Shown piece after piece: positions 9,981 through 20,744 of a stretch of DNA of 63,261 nt; the first letter of the stretch is position 1; each line of letters begins with the position of its first letter. A program made the position numbers and the translations under genes. The notes under the pieces are model-generated. The model worked only from the letters and a program-made list of their open reading frames with translations, had not been told where the DNA came from and did not search any database. Location of the stretch: assembly GCA_964490075.1 (NCBI GenBank), contig CAZBBK010000032.1:1-63261 (forward strand), given 5' to 3'. The DNA comes from an uncultured Gemmatimonadota bacterium. Lineage in GTDB: Bacteria > GCA-2686955.

Positions 9981-11314
9981 TGCGACGGCTCATACTCCTG
10001 ATCCCACTCTGCATCGCTTGCGCCTCCGCCCAGGCCGACAACCAACGGGGGCGCACCATCCACGTTCCGGGCGCGATCGCCACCATCCAGGCGGCGATCG
10101 AACTGGCCGCTGAAGGCGACACCGTTCTGGTGGCGGCCGGCACCTACACCGAGAACCTGGTCTTCCAGGGCCGCGACATCGTGCTGCGAGGAGCCGGCGT
10201 CGGCGCCACGGTGCTGGATGCCGACCGCAACGGCTCGGGCATCGTGATCGAGTCGGGCGAGAGCCGGGCTTGCGTCGTAGAGCACATGTCGATCGTTCGT
10301 GGGACCGGGACGGTTCGGATCTTCCCGGACCGCTCAGGCTTCATGGGCGGCGGCGGTATCTTCGTCGAGGAGGCGTCGCCGACCCTTCGCCAGCTACGGA
10401 TAGAACGCTGCAAGCCGGATTGGGAATATCGGATTGCCATCGGCGGAGGGGTTCATCTGAGGTACTCACAAGCCCGCATCGAGGCAGTGGCGCTTCACGC
10501 CGACAGCGCGGGCGCCGGGGGTGGCATATTCGCCACCGACTGCACCGATCTCGAGCTGGTCGGCCTGACCATTACCGATTGCGAAGGAGGACTCGAAGGC
10601 GGTGGCGGTATCGAGGCGGCCAGGCTCACCGGCGCGGTGTTCGATTCCCTCATCATCACGAGCTGTACTGGGAAGTCAGTGCTCTTGTACCATGATGCAA
10701 TGGGTGGTGCGATCCTGGCCTCCGGAACCGACGTGACGATCCGCAACTCCATCTTCACCGACAACGTATCCAATGCAGGTGGCGCGATCTACTTCTATTC
10801 CGGCGGCCCCTTCTACGTAGAAAACTGTCTCTTCGCCCGCAACTTCGCCGGCTCCTCCGGCGACCGCTATCCGGGCCCCCGCTATGGCGGTGCCATCTGC
10901 GCCTGGGGCGTGCCAGATGTGGACGTCACGAACTGTACCTTCGTGGATAACTTCGCGGTGGGACGGGACTGGGGCACGCCAGAGGGCCTCGCCGTGGCGA
11001 TGTGGGGCGGCACCTTCGTCAACAACATCGTCACCGACCACAAGTGGTACAGCGCCGTCATCGGCCCCGAGCGCCGCGAGTACAACCTCTACTTCCACAA
11101 CGATCTCGACTTCTACGGCGATCCCGCCGAAGGCGAGATCTTCACCAACCCACACTACCTGCGCCCAAGAAAGGACGACTACCGCCTACGCCCCAATTCA
11201 CCCGCGATCGATGCCGGCGACCCCGCGCGCCTCGATCCAGACGGCTCGCGCTCCGATATCGGGGCCTTTCCGGTGTTTCGGCCGCGCGATCTGCTGCCGG
11301 TGGCGCGGGAATGA
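9980..11314 (+). CDS. Secreted right-handed parallel beta-helix protein
   Basis: Signal peptide, TIQAAI...GDTVLVAAGTY, GGAI/FxxN repeats, SPAIDAGDP...SDIGAF. Confidence 0.85.
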   Translation: MRRLILLIPLCIACASAQADNQRGRTIHVPGAIATIQAAIELAAEGDTVLVAAGTYTENLVFQGRDIVLRGAGVGATVLDADRNGSGIVIESGESRACVVEHMSIVRGTGTVRIFPDRSGFMGGGGIFVEEASPTLRQLRIERCKPDWEYRIAIGGGVHLRYSQARIEAVALHADSAGAGGGIFATDCTDLELVGLTITDCEGGLEGGGGIEAARLTGAVFDSLIITSCTGKSVLLYHDAMGGAILASGTDVTIRNSIFTDNVSNAGGAIYFYSGGPFYVENCLFARNFAGSSGDRYPGPRYGGAICAWGVPDVDVTNCTFVDNFAVGRDWGTPEGLAVAMWGGTFVNNIVTDHKWYSAVIGPERREYNLYFHNDLDFYGDPAEGEIFTNPHYLRPRKDDYRLRPNSPAIDAGDPARLDPDGSRSDIGAFPVFRPRDLLPVARE

Positions 11315-11377
11315 GACCAGGGGCGCGCCGACAACATCCCAGCTCACGCCAATTCGACGTCGTTCGCTGCTCTGGTT

Positions 11378-11580
11378 CTATCCTCGCAGCCGCCGATGAC
11401 GGATCACCTCGCCTTCGACCATGAAGACGACATCCTCGGCGATGTTGGTGGGCCCGCCGCGGATCCCGTTCCACCAGCGACTCGATGCTGAGCGCCACCA
11501 TGCGCCGCACGCGTTCGGCGAGCCGGGCGATGTCGCCGGCGGTCTCCAGAGGGTCGCGGCGGGACAGGTAGGCCGAGGCG
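11378..11580 (-). pseudogene. phoU: PhoU remnants (two joined fragments)
   Basis: AYLSRRDPLETAGDIARLAERVRRMVALSIESLVERDPRRA, then in a shifted frame TNIAEDVVFMVEGEVIRH. Confidence 0.75.
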
Positions 11581-11931
11581 GAGGCGACCGCGCCGCGAGA
11601 ACTCCTCGAGGTAGAGCGCCGAAGCGACGCCGGTGGGGATCGAGAAGAGCGCGGTGAACGAGATCATCCAGAGCGTACCGAAGAGCGCCGACTTGATGCC
11701 GGCACGATCCGGGTGTCGCGAAGGGAAGCTCGACAGGAACTGCCAGTCGAACCAGGACAAGCCCTGGCGCGCGATCTGCAGCAACAGGATCACCAGCAGC
11801 GCGATCGCGAGGCCGACGAGGAGCATCAGCAACAAGCGCGCCAGTGCGTCGCCGCGCCGGCGGTGCGGGAGCGAGGGGATGCCCCGCCAATCCGACCCGG
11901 CCACGATTTCACTCCGGCGCACGACACTCAT
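11581..11931 (-). pseudogene. pstA: Truncated phosphate ABC permease PstA
   Basis: FLSSFPSRHPDRAGIKSALFGTLW...ALYLEEF, then the homology breaks off. Confidence 0.85.
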
Positions 11932-13169
11932 TCGTAGGTCTCGCGATAGCGGTTCCGAATCCGGTGGGCGAGCACGTTCATGCCCAGGGTGACGACGAAG
12001 AGCAACGCGCCGGCCGCGAAGATCGTCTGATACTCGATTCCGCCGGCCGGAGTGTCGCCCAGACTGACCTGCACGATGTAGGCGGTGACGGTTTGAATGC
12101 TCTCCAGGGGATTGAGGGTGAGGTTGGGGGTCGCGCCGGCGGCCAGAGTCACCGCCATGGTCTCGCCGAAGGCCCGCGATGCCGCCAGCACGAAGGCCGC
12201 CAGGATTCCCGAGAGCGCTCCCGGCACCACGATCTGTGTCGACACCTCGAGCCTGGTGGCGCCCAGGGCGTGCGCCGCCTGGCGCAGCGAATCGGGCACC
12301 GCGCGCAGCGCATCGTCGCAGAGCGATGCGATCATCGGCAAAATCATGATACCAACGACGATCGACGCGCTGAGGGCGTTGAAGATGCGGGTCTGAGGCA
12401 GCAGCGCGCGCAGCACCGGAGTGAGGGTGGTGAGCGCGAAGTAGCCGGAAACGACGGTCGGTACTCCGGCGAGGATCTCCAGGACAGGCTTCAGCAGCTT
12501 GCGAACTTCGGGCGCCGCGTATTCGCTCAGAAAGATGGCGCTGCCGAGCCCGATCGGGACGGCCACCAGCGCCGATCCGACGACGATCATCAGGGTGCCG
12601 GAGAGCAGCGGCGACCAGCGCGTGCCGAGCAGGAACTCGGAGGGGGCTACTCCGTCGAAGAAGACCAGGCTCTCCCTGGTCAGGATGGCGGTGAGCTTGA
12701 TCCGCGCGCCGTCGACCGTGACCTGGTGCTTGTGGCGGTCGATCACCAGGCCCTCGATCTCGAGCCGCTCCTCGGCCGACTCCAACCCTTTGGCCGGGCC
12801 GCGGCGCAGGACGGCCTGCACGCGGGCGATCAGCTCGCGCGGGCTGAAGGGCTTGATCACGTAGTCGTCGGCCCCCAGGCCGAGCCCCAGCACGACGTCG
12901 CTCTCTTTTCCCTTGGCGGTGACCATGATGATGGGGATGTCGGCGGTGGCGGCATCCTGCTTCAGCAGGCGGCAGAGCTCGAGCCCATCGAGGGCGGGGA
13001 GCATGAGATCGAGCAGGATCAGCTCCGGAATCGTGCGCCGGGCGAGCTCCAGGCCGATCTCGCCATCGCCCGCCGTGGTGGTGGCGAACCCCTCGCGCTG
13101 TAGGTTGTAGGCGGCGATCTCGGCGATATCGGGCTCGTCCTCGATGATGAGCACCCGCGCCGCCGGCAT
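11928..13169 (-). CDS. In-frame PhoB'-'PstC deletion fusion
   Basis: Receiver domain plus start of the OmpR winged helix (to about 12687) joined to PstC ([25 protein letters not shown]). Confidence 0.85.
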   Translation of the reverse strand: MPAARVLIIEDEPDIAEIAAYNLQREGFATTTAGDGEIGLELARRTIPELILLDLMLPALDGLELCRLLKQDAATADIPIIMVTAKGKESDVVLGLGLGADDYVIKPFSPRELIARVQAVLRRGPAKGLESAEERLEIEGLVIDRHKHQVTVDGARIKLTAILTRESLVFFDGVAPSEFLLGTRWSPLLSGTLMIVVGSALVAVPIGLGSAIFLSEYAAPEVRKLLKPVLEILAGVPTVVSGYFALTTLTPVLRALLPQTRIFNALSASIVVGIMILPMIASLCDDALRAVPDSLRQAAHALGATRLEVSTQIVVPGALSGILAAFVLAASRAFGETMAVTLAAGATPNLTLNPLESIQTVTAYIVQVSLGDTPAGGIEYQTIFAAGALLFVVTLGMNVLAHRIRNRYRETYE

Positions 13170-13547
13170 GGTTGGGGCTCCGTTCCGCGGATTCTGGGAC
13201 CGGGCGCCAGGCTAGGAGATCTGCATAAAGAACGCGTGAAGGAGTGGCGCTACCACCCGTGGCACCCACGCCCCACCCCCGCCAAGAGGAACACGGCGAA
13301 GCCCACCAGCGCCGGGATCGCCACCACCCAGAAACGGCGGGGATGACGCGGAAACTCGTAGCCGCAGATCGGGCAGGTTTCTGCGCCGCGGTCGGCGGGA
13401 ATCGCGCAGCCGGGGCATTCTCGGGACATGGGGGGAGGGTAGCGGCGGTGGCGAATCGACGTGGCGGCAACTCAGCGAACGCGCACGATTACTCAGTCAT
13501 TGAGTAATTGGCTGGATCTGGCTCCCCGCGGGCACTACGATGGCGGC

Positions 13548-14732
13548 ATGCCAGCAGATTTCGATCGGGCTCTCGTTTCGCGGCTCCAGCGCCGACTGCT
13601 CAATCCTCCACCTCTGATCCAGCTGGTGACCGGGCCCCGACAGGCCGGCAAGACCACCGCCGCCCGCAAGCTCGGGGCTTGGTGGGACGGGCCGGTCGTC
13701 TATGCCGCGGCCGATCTTCCGCAGCCGCCAGCGGCCGATTGCATCGAGACACACTGGGGGCGCGCCCGGCGCGTGGCCGCGAGGCCGACCCTTCTGGTGC
13801 TCGATGAGGTCCAGAAAATCTCCCGCTGGAGCGAAGTCGTCAAAGGCCTGTGGGACCAGGACCGCGCCGCCGGGCGGCAGATCCACGTCGTGATCCTCGG
13901 GTCTTCGGCCCTCATGCTGGCACGGGGTGCCCACGAGAGCCTGGCTGGCCGTTTCTTCCTGCATCGCGCCCACCACTGGTCCTACGACGAGTGCAGAGAC
14001 GCCTTCGGGTGGGATTTGGACCGCTGGATCTACTTCGGCGGCTATCCGGGTTGTGCACCGTTGGTGGACGAGGAGGAGGTCTGGCGCGGCTACGTCACCG
14101 ACTCCCTGATCGAGACCGCCATCGCGCGCGATGTGCTGGCGCTCGAGACCGTTGCCAAACCCGCCCTGCTGCGTCAGCTCTTCATGTTGGCGGCTCGATT
14201 GCCCGCGCGCATCATCTCCTACAACAAGATGCTCGGCCAGTTGCAGGACGCCGGCAACACCACCACGCTTGCCCACTACCTGCAGCTCCTGGAGCGGGCC
14301 TTCCTGGTCTCCGATCTGCAGCGCTTCACGACCGAGGTCAGACGACGGGCGTCGAGCCCCAAGCTCCTGGTGTGGAACAACGCTCTGGTTTCGGCCCTGA
14401 TGCTGCGCTCCTTCGCCGACTTGCGCGACGATGCCGCGGTCTGGGGCTGGATGGTGGAGAATGCGGTCGGTGCCCACCTGATCCAACACCTCCCGGGCAC
14501 CGCCTTCGAGCTTCTCTACTGGCGCCACCGAGACCAAGAGGTGGATTTCGTCGTGCGCTCCGCCGATGCCGTCGTCGCGATCGAGGTGAAGAGCGGACGA
14601 CCGGGGCGCCGGACGGGCCTGGCTGCGTTTCGGAAGCTCCGTCCCCGCGCGCGCACGCTGCTCGTCGGTTCTGGTGGCGTGCCGCTCGAGGAGTTCTTCC
14701 TCTGCGACCCACGGGCACTGCTCTTTGGATAG
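13548..14732 (+). CDS. AAA_14/DUF4143 ATP-binding protein
   Basis: GPRQAGKTT, LDEVQK, GGYP, EVDFV...IEVKSG. Confidence 0.9.
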   Translation: MPADFDRALVSRLQRRLLNPPPLIQLVTGPRQAGKTTAARKLGAWWDGPVVYAAADLPQPPAADCIETHWGRARRVAARPTLLVLDEVQKISRWSEVVKGLWDQDRAAGRQIHVVILGSSALMLARGAHESLAGRFFLHRAHHWSYDECRDAFGWDLDRWIYFGGYPGCAPLVDEEEVWRGYVTDSLIETAIARDVLALETVAKPALLRQLFMLAARLPARIISYNKMLGQLQDAGNTTTLAHYLQLLERAFLVSDLQRFTTEVRRRASSPKLLVWNNALVSALMLRSFADLRDDAAVWGWMVENAVGAHLIQHLPGTAFELLYWRHRDQEVDFVVRSADAVVAIEVKSGRPGRRTGLAAFRKLRPRARTLLVGSGGVPLEEFFLCDPRALLFG

Positions 14733-14786
14733 GCCGCCAGAGCTATCATCCCGACCCGTCGACCCACCTACTCCGGAGACCCGCCC

Positions 14787-15215
14787 ATGCCCGAAACCCG
14801 CTCGGACTGGCACAGTTACTTCATGCGCATCGCCCAGCAGGTGGCCACCCGCGCTACTTGCGACCGCAAGCACGTCGGCGCGGTGATCGTGCGCGATCGG
14901 ACCATCCTCTCCACCGGCTACAACGGCTCGATCCGCGGCATGCCGCATTGCGACGACGTCGGCCACGACATGGAGAGCGGTCACTGCATCGCCACCATCC
15001 ACGCCGAGGCCAACGCCATCATCCAGGCGGCGCGCAACGGGGTGTCGATTCAGGACGGGGCGATCTACATCACCGCCAGCCCTTGCTGGAGCTGCTTCAA
15101 GCTGATCGCCAACTCCGGCCTGAAGCGGGTCTACTACGGCGAGTTCTACCGCGACGAACGCAGCTTCGAGGTCGCCCGGCGGCTCGGGATCGACCTGATG
15201 CATATCGAGATTTGA
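14787..15215 (+). CDS. dCMP deaminase / ComEB family
   Basis: TGYNG, HAEANA, PCWSC. Confidence 0.9.
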   Translation: MPETRSDWHSYFMRIAQQVATRATCDRKHVGAVIVRDRTILSTGYNGSIRGMPHCDDVGHDMESGHCIATIHAEANAIIQAARNGVSIQDGAIYITASPCWSCFKLIANSGLKRVYYGEFYRDERSFEVARRLGIDLMHIEI

Positions 15216-15311
15216 CCGGGCCGGGGGCCGATTCCAGGGAAATCATCGCGCAATGTTGCCGAAGTAGAGAACAGAGAGCCCCGTCCCCTCCAATCCCCCC
15301 CCCAGTACGCC

Positions 15312-16049
15312 ATGCCGGAACAACCGGACCAGGACCTGCACGACGTCTTGCGTGACGTCGTGCGGGAGATGGAAGACCTGCGCAACCCCTTCCACGCGTT
15401 GGAGGAAGAGATCCAGCGCTATCGGGGCGTGGTGCGCGGTGTGCTGCTGGCGCTCTCGTCGGCGGTGGCGGCGAAGCACCAGCCCACCTACGAGCACTCG
15501 CGGCGGGTGAGCGCCCTGTCGATCATGATCGGCGGCAAGCTCGGCCTCTCGGGACGCGAGCTGGAGACCTTGGAATACGGTGGTCTGCTGCACGACGTCG
15601 GCAAGATCGGCATGCCCGAGTTGCTGCTGGCCAAGGCCGCAAAGCTCACCGACGCAGAGATGCACACCGTGCAGCAGCATCCCGCCCGCGGCGACAAGAT
15701 CGTGCGCAAGGTCCCCGATCTCGACGACATCGCCGATATCGTCCGCTACCACCACGAGCGCCAGGACGGCTCGGGATATCCCGATGGACTCGAGGGAAGC
15801 AAGATCCCCGTGCTGGTGCGGATCGTAGGAGCCGCCGACACCTTCGACGCGCTGACCACGCCCCGTCCCCATCGCCGGCGCACCACGCCGATCGGTCCGG
15901 CGATGTCGACCATGGCGGGCATCGCCGGCAAGAAGCTGGACGCCGACGTGATCGAGGCGCTGCTCGGCATCGAGCACGATCCGGCCCTCAAGAGGGTGCT
16001 GGCCAATCAGTTCGAGGACGCGGCAGGGCTGATCTCCACGGCGCGATAG
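15312..16049 (+). CDS. HD-GYP domain phosphodiesterase
   Basis: LLHDVGK and HHERQDGSGYP. Confidence 0.9.
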   Translation: MPEQPDQDLHDVLRDVVREMEDLRNPFHALEEEIQRYRGVVRGVLLALSSAVAAKHQPTYEHSRRVSALSIMIGGKLGLSGRELETLEYGGLLHDVGKIGMPELLLAKAAKLTDAEMHTVQQHPARGDKIVRKVPDLDDIADIVRYHHERQDGSGYPDGLEGSKIPVLVRIVGAADTFDALTTPRPHRRRTTPIGPAMSTMAGIAGKKLDADVIEALLGIEHDPALKRVLANQFEDAAGLISTAR

Positions 16050-16196
16050 CACGGCGTCAGTCATATCTCACACCGGAAACATTTGTGGACGGCGCCGCTC
16101 GCGCGGCCGTCACGTCTCGACCCACCGCTCCGGCCGAATCCCTGCGCTATCCTCTCAAGTCGTTGCAGGACAGTCCCCTGGCCCTCGGGTTTCCAG

Positions 16197-16211
16197 AGGC
16201 ACACCGGTTGC
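16197..16211 (+). promoter_or_regulatory. Sigma54-type promoter
   Basis: AGGCAC-N5-TTGC about 43 bp before ATG 16254. Confidence 0.6.
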
Positions 16212-16253
16212 AAGAGACCGGGCGAAAGCCTCTTCCACCCCCAGGAGACCCCA

Positions 16254-17816
16254 ATGACGACCACCCCCGCCGCCCGCACCATCCTCACCCTCTGCGCCTG
16301 CACGCTGAGCGCCGGTTGCTACGAGAACTTCAGCGCCCCGGTCATCCTGACCGAGGAGGGCGAGACGGCGTACAACTCGGCGCTCGCTGTCGACGCAGCC
16401 GACTGGCTTCACTCGGTCGAGGCACAGAAGGTGGGCAGCGACCAGTACCAGCTCATCTGGCGCCAGTCCTTCGATCAGGGCGCGACCTGGACCGCGGCCG
16501 AGCATCTCGACTACTCGGTCAACGGTGGTCTCTTCCAGGATCTGGAGATGGCGACCGATCCCGACGATCCGGATCGTCTCTACGTCGTCTACGCCGACGG
16601 CGACAACGTGCGTTTCAAGCGCAGCATTTCGGGCGGCGAGTGGTGGTACCAGTCGGAGGTGCTGGGCGAGCACGGCCAGACGCCGCGCCACCACCTTGCG
16701 ATCGACCCCGACGATCCCGCGGATCTATGTCTCTTGTTCATGAGCGACACCTGGCTCGTCTCGCGCTCCAGCGGCAACGGCGGCGTGACCTGGGACGAGA
16801 AGGTCTACGTCGACACCTACTCCAACTGGGAGCCGAGCTGGACCCAGCTGCTGGACGCCGAGTACGCGCCGGACGGAGCATTGCTCTGCCTCTACTGGCG
16901 CTTCTACGGCGGCTTCAGCCGCAACCCCCACATCGAGCTCGTCGTGGTGCGCTCCGACGACAACGGTCACTCCTGGAGCAACGAAATCCAGGTCGCGACA
17001 GTTTCCGGCTCCGACTGGGAGCAGATCCAGGATGGACTGGTGACCGCCGAAGCCGACCTGCTCACGGTGGGCGACCGGGTCTACGTGCTGTGGCACAGGT
17101 TCGACCTGGCGATGCTGGGTTGGAGCGACGACGACGGGCTGAGCTGGGACTACGGCGCACCGACCATCGTGGCCCCGAAAGGGACCGACGGTGAGATCGA
17201 GGAGATCCGCTACGCCCGGCTCGCCACGTCCGAATTCAGCGGCGAGCTCTTGCTGGGCATCAGCAGCGCTCCGGCCGACGCATCGACCAGCCTGAACCTC
17301 TATCAGCGCACCTGGAGCGGGTCGAGCCTCGGGGCATGGCACCGAGTGAACGATGAGTACGGCCGGCTGAAGAGGCGCGCCTTCTCGCTGGCCGCCGACT
17401 CCGACTCGCGGATCTTCGCCAAGTGGACCCAGAGGATCGACTTCGACTACACGACCCTCGTCTCGAGCTTCGATCCGCTGGCGCCCGAGCTCTACTCGGT
17501 GGAGATCGGGCCCGAGTCGATCGTCGGCTCCGCGAGCGCCGGCGGGAGCATCGATCTCTTCTGGGACGTCGGCAACTGGGGCTGGAGCGCGACCGAGCTC
17601 TACACGAGCGTGGAGCTGATCGATGCCGCGGGCGAGGTCTGGACGCTCTTCTCCTTCGACGACCTGCCGGTGCTGGCGAATGCGGTCTACGACCTGGCGC
17701 AGCCGCTGGAGCTCCCTCTCGGAGCCGCCAAGGGCCAGTGCGAGATTGTGGCCACGACGGGGTTTGGTCCCGACGATATTCGGGATAGCGATTCGTTTGC
17801 GCTCAATCTGAACTGA
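16254..17816 (+). CDS. BNR/Asp-box (sialidase-like beta-propeller) lipoprotein
   Basis: Lipobox LSAGC; SxDxGxTW repeats. Confidence 0.8.
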   Translation: MTTTPAARTILTLCACTLSAGCYENFSAPVILTEEGETAYNSALAVDAADWLHSVEAQKVGSDQYQLIWRQSFDQGATWTAAEHLDYSVNGGLFQDLEMATDPDDPDRLYVVYADGDNVRFKRSISGGEWWYQSEVLGEHGQTPRHHLAIDPDDPADLCLLFMSDTWLVSRSSGNGGVTWDEKVYVDTYSNWEPSWTQLLDAEYAPDGALLCLYWRFYGGFSRNPHIELVVVRSDDNGHSWSNEIQVATVSGSDWEQIQDGLVTAEADLLTVGDRVYVLWHRFDLAMLGWSDDDGLSWDYGAPTIVAPKGTDGEIEEIRYARLATSEFSGELLLGISSAPADASTSLNLYQRTWSGSSLGAWHRVNDEYGRLKRRAFSLAADSDSRIFAKWTQRIDFDYTTLVSSFDPLAPELYSVEIGPESIVGSASAGGSIDLFWDVGNWGWSATELYTSVELIDAAGEVWTLFSFDDLPVLANAVYDLAQPLELPLGAAKGQCEIVATTGFGPDDIRDSDSFALNLN

Positions 17817-17826
17817 GCCTTCAACC

Positions 17827-19380
17827 CTAGACCCGCCCCAGCACCCGCCGGGCGCGGGTCGCCGCGATCCGCGTCAGCGCCGCCGCGAGCAGCGTGGTGA
17901 GCGCGATCGTGAGCAGATAGACCCAGGCCGGGCGCAGGCCGAAGCGGTGGATCGCCAGCAGCAGGGGCGTGCCGATCGTGGCGACCAGCAGGTTGCGGGT
18001 CAGCAGGCGCACCGGCTGCGCGCCGCGCCCGAGCTGTTCGCTGAAGGGGTGCCGGGGACGCAGCGCGCGCAGCAGTCCCACCACCAACTCGGCGGCCAGC
18101 GCCAGCACCAGACCGTGCATCAGTGCATGGGCCGGGTGGCCGTGGTGCAGCAGCAGGAAGGCGGCGAGAGCGAGCAGGTAGGGCCAGAAGACCAGCGCTC
18201 GAAGCAGCCGCTGGGCGGCGACGAAGGGCTCGGCGGGATCGGCGCAGGCGACCCGGAAGATCCACGCCGCCGAGGCGCTCGAGGAGCGGGCGATGCCGTC
18301 GCAGAGGATGACGTAGACCAGGAGCACGTAGGCGTAGATCAGTCCCCAGCTGGTGTATTGCCCCGAGAAGACGAAGGGGTCGGCGAGCCGGGTATCGGCC
18401 AGCGAGCCGACCAGGATCAGCGCCGACGCCGGCACCAGCGCGACCATCTGCGCGAAGACCCGGGTGTCGTGGCGCAGATGGGCGAGCACCAGGGTGGCGA
18501 TCGAGGCGCCGCGACCCTTCGGAAAGAGCCGGCGGACCCCCAGCGTGGCGACGCGCGCGCCGCGGCCGGCGGACGCGCGGGTGGGCGCGGGCCCTGTGGC
18601 TTGCGGGGCGGATGGGCCGAAGCCCCGCGACGAGGGCCGAAACACCAGGGCGATGCCGAGCGCGGCGAGCAGCAGGGCGGCGGCGGCGCCGCCGAGACCG
18701 GCTCCCGAGCGCAGGGGTCCCCCCAGCGACGCGAACCACCAGGTCGGCTGCCAGGGGGCGCTCAGCCAGGCCGGCAGGAGCGGTTCGGCGCCGAGCAGCC
18801 GCCGCAGTCCGCTGAGCCCGCCGACGTAGAGCAGCATGGTGCAGGCCTGCAGGAACGCGAGCCGGCGCTGGGTGCTGGCGCGGCTCCCGCCCCCCGCGAA
18901 CCACCGCTGGACGCCGTTCGCCAGCATGAGCAACGTCAGGCAGAGCGCCGCGGCCTCCACCAGGAAGCCGGGAAGCTGGCGCGGCGCTCGAATCGCCAGC
19001 GGTGCCACGAAGATACCCAGCACCGGCAGCAGCGCACCCAGGCTGGTGACGATGCGTGCGTAGTAGTAGGTGGAGGCAGCCAGCGGCAGGTGTCCGATCC
19101 GGCGGTGGTCGTCCGGAGCCGAGAGCACCGCCGCATGGTCCAGGAGCGCCAGAGGCAGGAAGTAAGACGCCAGGTAGAGCAGCGCGGCGGCGTCGCCGGC
19201 GGCACTGCCGTCGACGTGGGTAGAGGCCTGAACGCCGGCGGCCAGGAAGAGCGCAGTGAGCCCCCAGCGGCCGACTCGCTGCCGCCGATCGACTCGCCGG
19301 GAGGTGAGTCGGAACACGCGGTGCAGCGCCCGCGCCGCGACCGGATCGGCCCCGCACCAGGGGGCCGCGAACCAGATCAC
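17827..19380 (-). CDS. Polytopic membrane protein (possible ABC permease)
   Basis: Many hydrophobic segments; start uncertain. Confidence 0.65.
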   Translation of the reverse strand: MIWFAAPWCGADPVAARALHRVFRLTSRRVDRRQRVGRWGLTALFLAAGVQASTHVDGSAAGDAAALLYLASYFLPLALLDHAAVLSAPDDHRRIGHLPLAASTYYYARIVTSLGALLPVLGIFVAPLAIRAPRQLPGFLVEAAALCLTLLMLANGVQRWFAGGGSRASTQRRLAFLQACTMLLYVGGLSGLRRLLGAEPLLPAWLSAPWQPTWWFASLGGPLRSGAGLGGAAAALLLAALGIALVFRPSSRGFGPSAPQATGPAPTRASAGRGARVATLGVRRLFPKGRGASIATLVLAHLRHDTRVFAQMVALVPASALILVGSLADTRLADPFVFSGQYTSWGLIYAYVLLVYVILCDGIARSSSASAAWIFRVACADPAEPFVAAQRLLRALVFWPYLLALAAFLLLHHGHPAHALMHGLVLALAAELVVGLLRALRPRHPFSEQLGRGAQPVRLLTRNLLVATIGTPLLLAIHRFGLRPAWVYLLTIALTTLLAAALTRIAATRARRVLGRV

Positions 19381-19649
19381 TCCACCCCCGACAGCACGCA
19401 AACGGGGCGTTCCGGCGAGAGCCGAAACGCCCCGTGAAGAGTGTCGCCCGGGTGGGAGCATTGGTAGGATGTGTGGTAGGGAAAATGAGTAGGATACCCG
19501 GGCGACACCGTCATGATAGTGGTCGGGGAAGGCCGGGTCAAGAGCCATTCGACATAAAAAGGACCTGGGCGGGCGTGTTTTCCTCGACACCACCTCCGAC
19601 CAGGCGCCAAGCTCGAAATCCTACTGGTGACAGGCACTTGGCCGGCTTG

Positions 19650-20744
19650 TCACAGAGCGTGACCGAAGTTCAGGTAGATGTGCAGGCCCTCGACCGCGCC
19701 GCCATAGCCGAAATCCAGCCTGGAAATCAGTCCCCGCGGTCCCGGCTGGACTCGCAGGCCGCAGCCGAAGCCGATGTGGACACCACCGGGAGCCGCATCG
19801 AGCAGCCCGGGCGCGACCTCGCCGGCGTCGACGAAGCCCACCAGGCCGACGCGTCGCAGCGCTTGCCAACGCAGCTCGGCCGCCAGAGATCGGCGTGCGG
19901 CATCGCGGAACCTGCCGCTGACGAATCCCCGGCCGAATCTCGATCCTCCGTAGGTCGGCATCACATAGAAGGGCAGGTCCGCTCCCTCGACGGCGTCGAG
20001 CTCGGCGCGGCCGGCGATCACGAGCCCGGGAACGAGCTGCCGGTAGGCGCGCAGGTCGGCGCGTAGGCGCCAGTAGTCGAGATCGGGCCCGAGAGATCGG
20101 CCCAGCTCCAGGAGCGAGAGCGTGCCGCCGGTGGGGGCCCACTCGATATCACGCCGGTCGTGCTGCACCACGGCGGAGACCAGGGCGCGGGCCGCCGTGC
20201 TCGAGGCATAGGATCGGCCGCCGATCGAGAGCGGGCTCTGCTCGAGCTCCACCTCGTCGTCGGCCAGGTGCAGGCGCGCCCGGACTTCCCAGGCGCGTCC
20301 GAGGCGCCGCCCGGGCTCCAGCGCGATCACGAAGCGCCCACGCCGGTAGCGGATCTCGTCGTCCAGCGACGAACCGTTGCCGATTCCGAAGAAGCGCGAG
20401 CTGCCGTCGTCTTCGAAGAGCCGCCGGGTGCGCAGGGAGTAGCGGCTGCCGCGCAAGCGATAGGTGCGGTAGGTGAGCTGCAGACTCCAGTATGCGTGCT
20501 GGGCGACGAATACCTGGCTCTCGATGCGCGACGACGCCGGCGGCGGGCCCAGCGCGTAGAGACGCACTCCGGCCCCGACCCCCTGCTCGGCGGTCCACGA
20601 GAGCAGCGGTTGCAGCGCCCAGTCCATGCCGGCGGAGCCGTCGGCCGAATCGGGTTCGGCGGCGTGGCCGGCGATCGCCACCCCGCCCAAGGAGCAGAGC
20701 ACCGTCAGCGCCGCGGTACGGGCCAGAGCAGCCACTCGTCTCAT
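19650..20744 (-). CDS. Omp85/BamA-TamA family outer membrane protein
   Basis: Signal peptide, GRGFVSGRFRD motif, C-terminal YLNFGHAL. Confidence 0.8.
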   Translation of the reverse strand: MRRVAALARTAALTVLCSLGGVAIAGHAAEPDSADGSAGMDWALQPLLSWTAEQGVGAGVRLYALGPPPASSRIESQVFVAQHAYWSLQLTYRTYRLRGSRYSLRTRRLFEDDGSSRFFGIGNGSSLDDEIRYRRGRFVIALEPGRRLGRAWEVRARLHLADDEVELEQSPLSIGGRSYASSTAARALVSAVVQHDRRDIEWAPTGGTLSLLELGRSLGPDLDYWRLRADLRAYRQLVPGLVIAGRAELDAVEGADLPFYVMPTYGGSRFGRGFVSGRFRDAARRSLAAELRWQALRRVGLVGFVDAGEVAPGLLDAAPGGVHIGFGCGLRVQPGPRGLISRLDFGYGGAVEGLHIYLNFGHAL

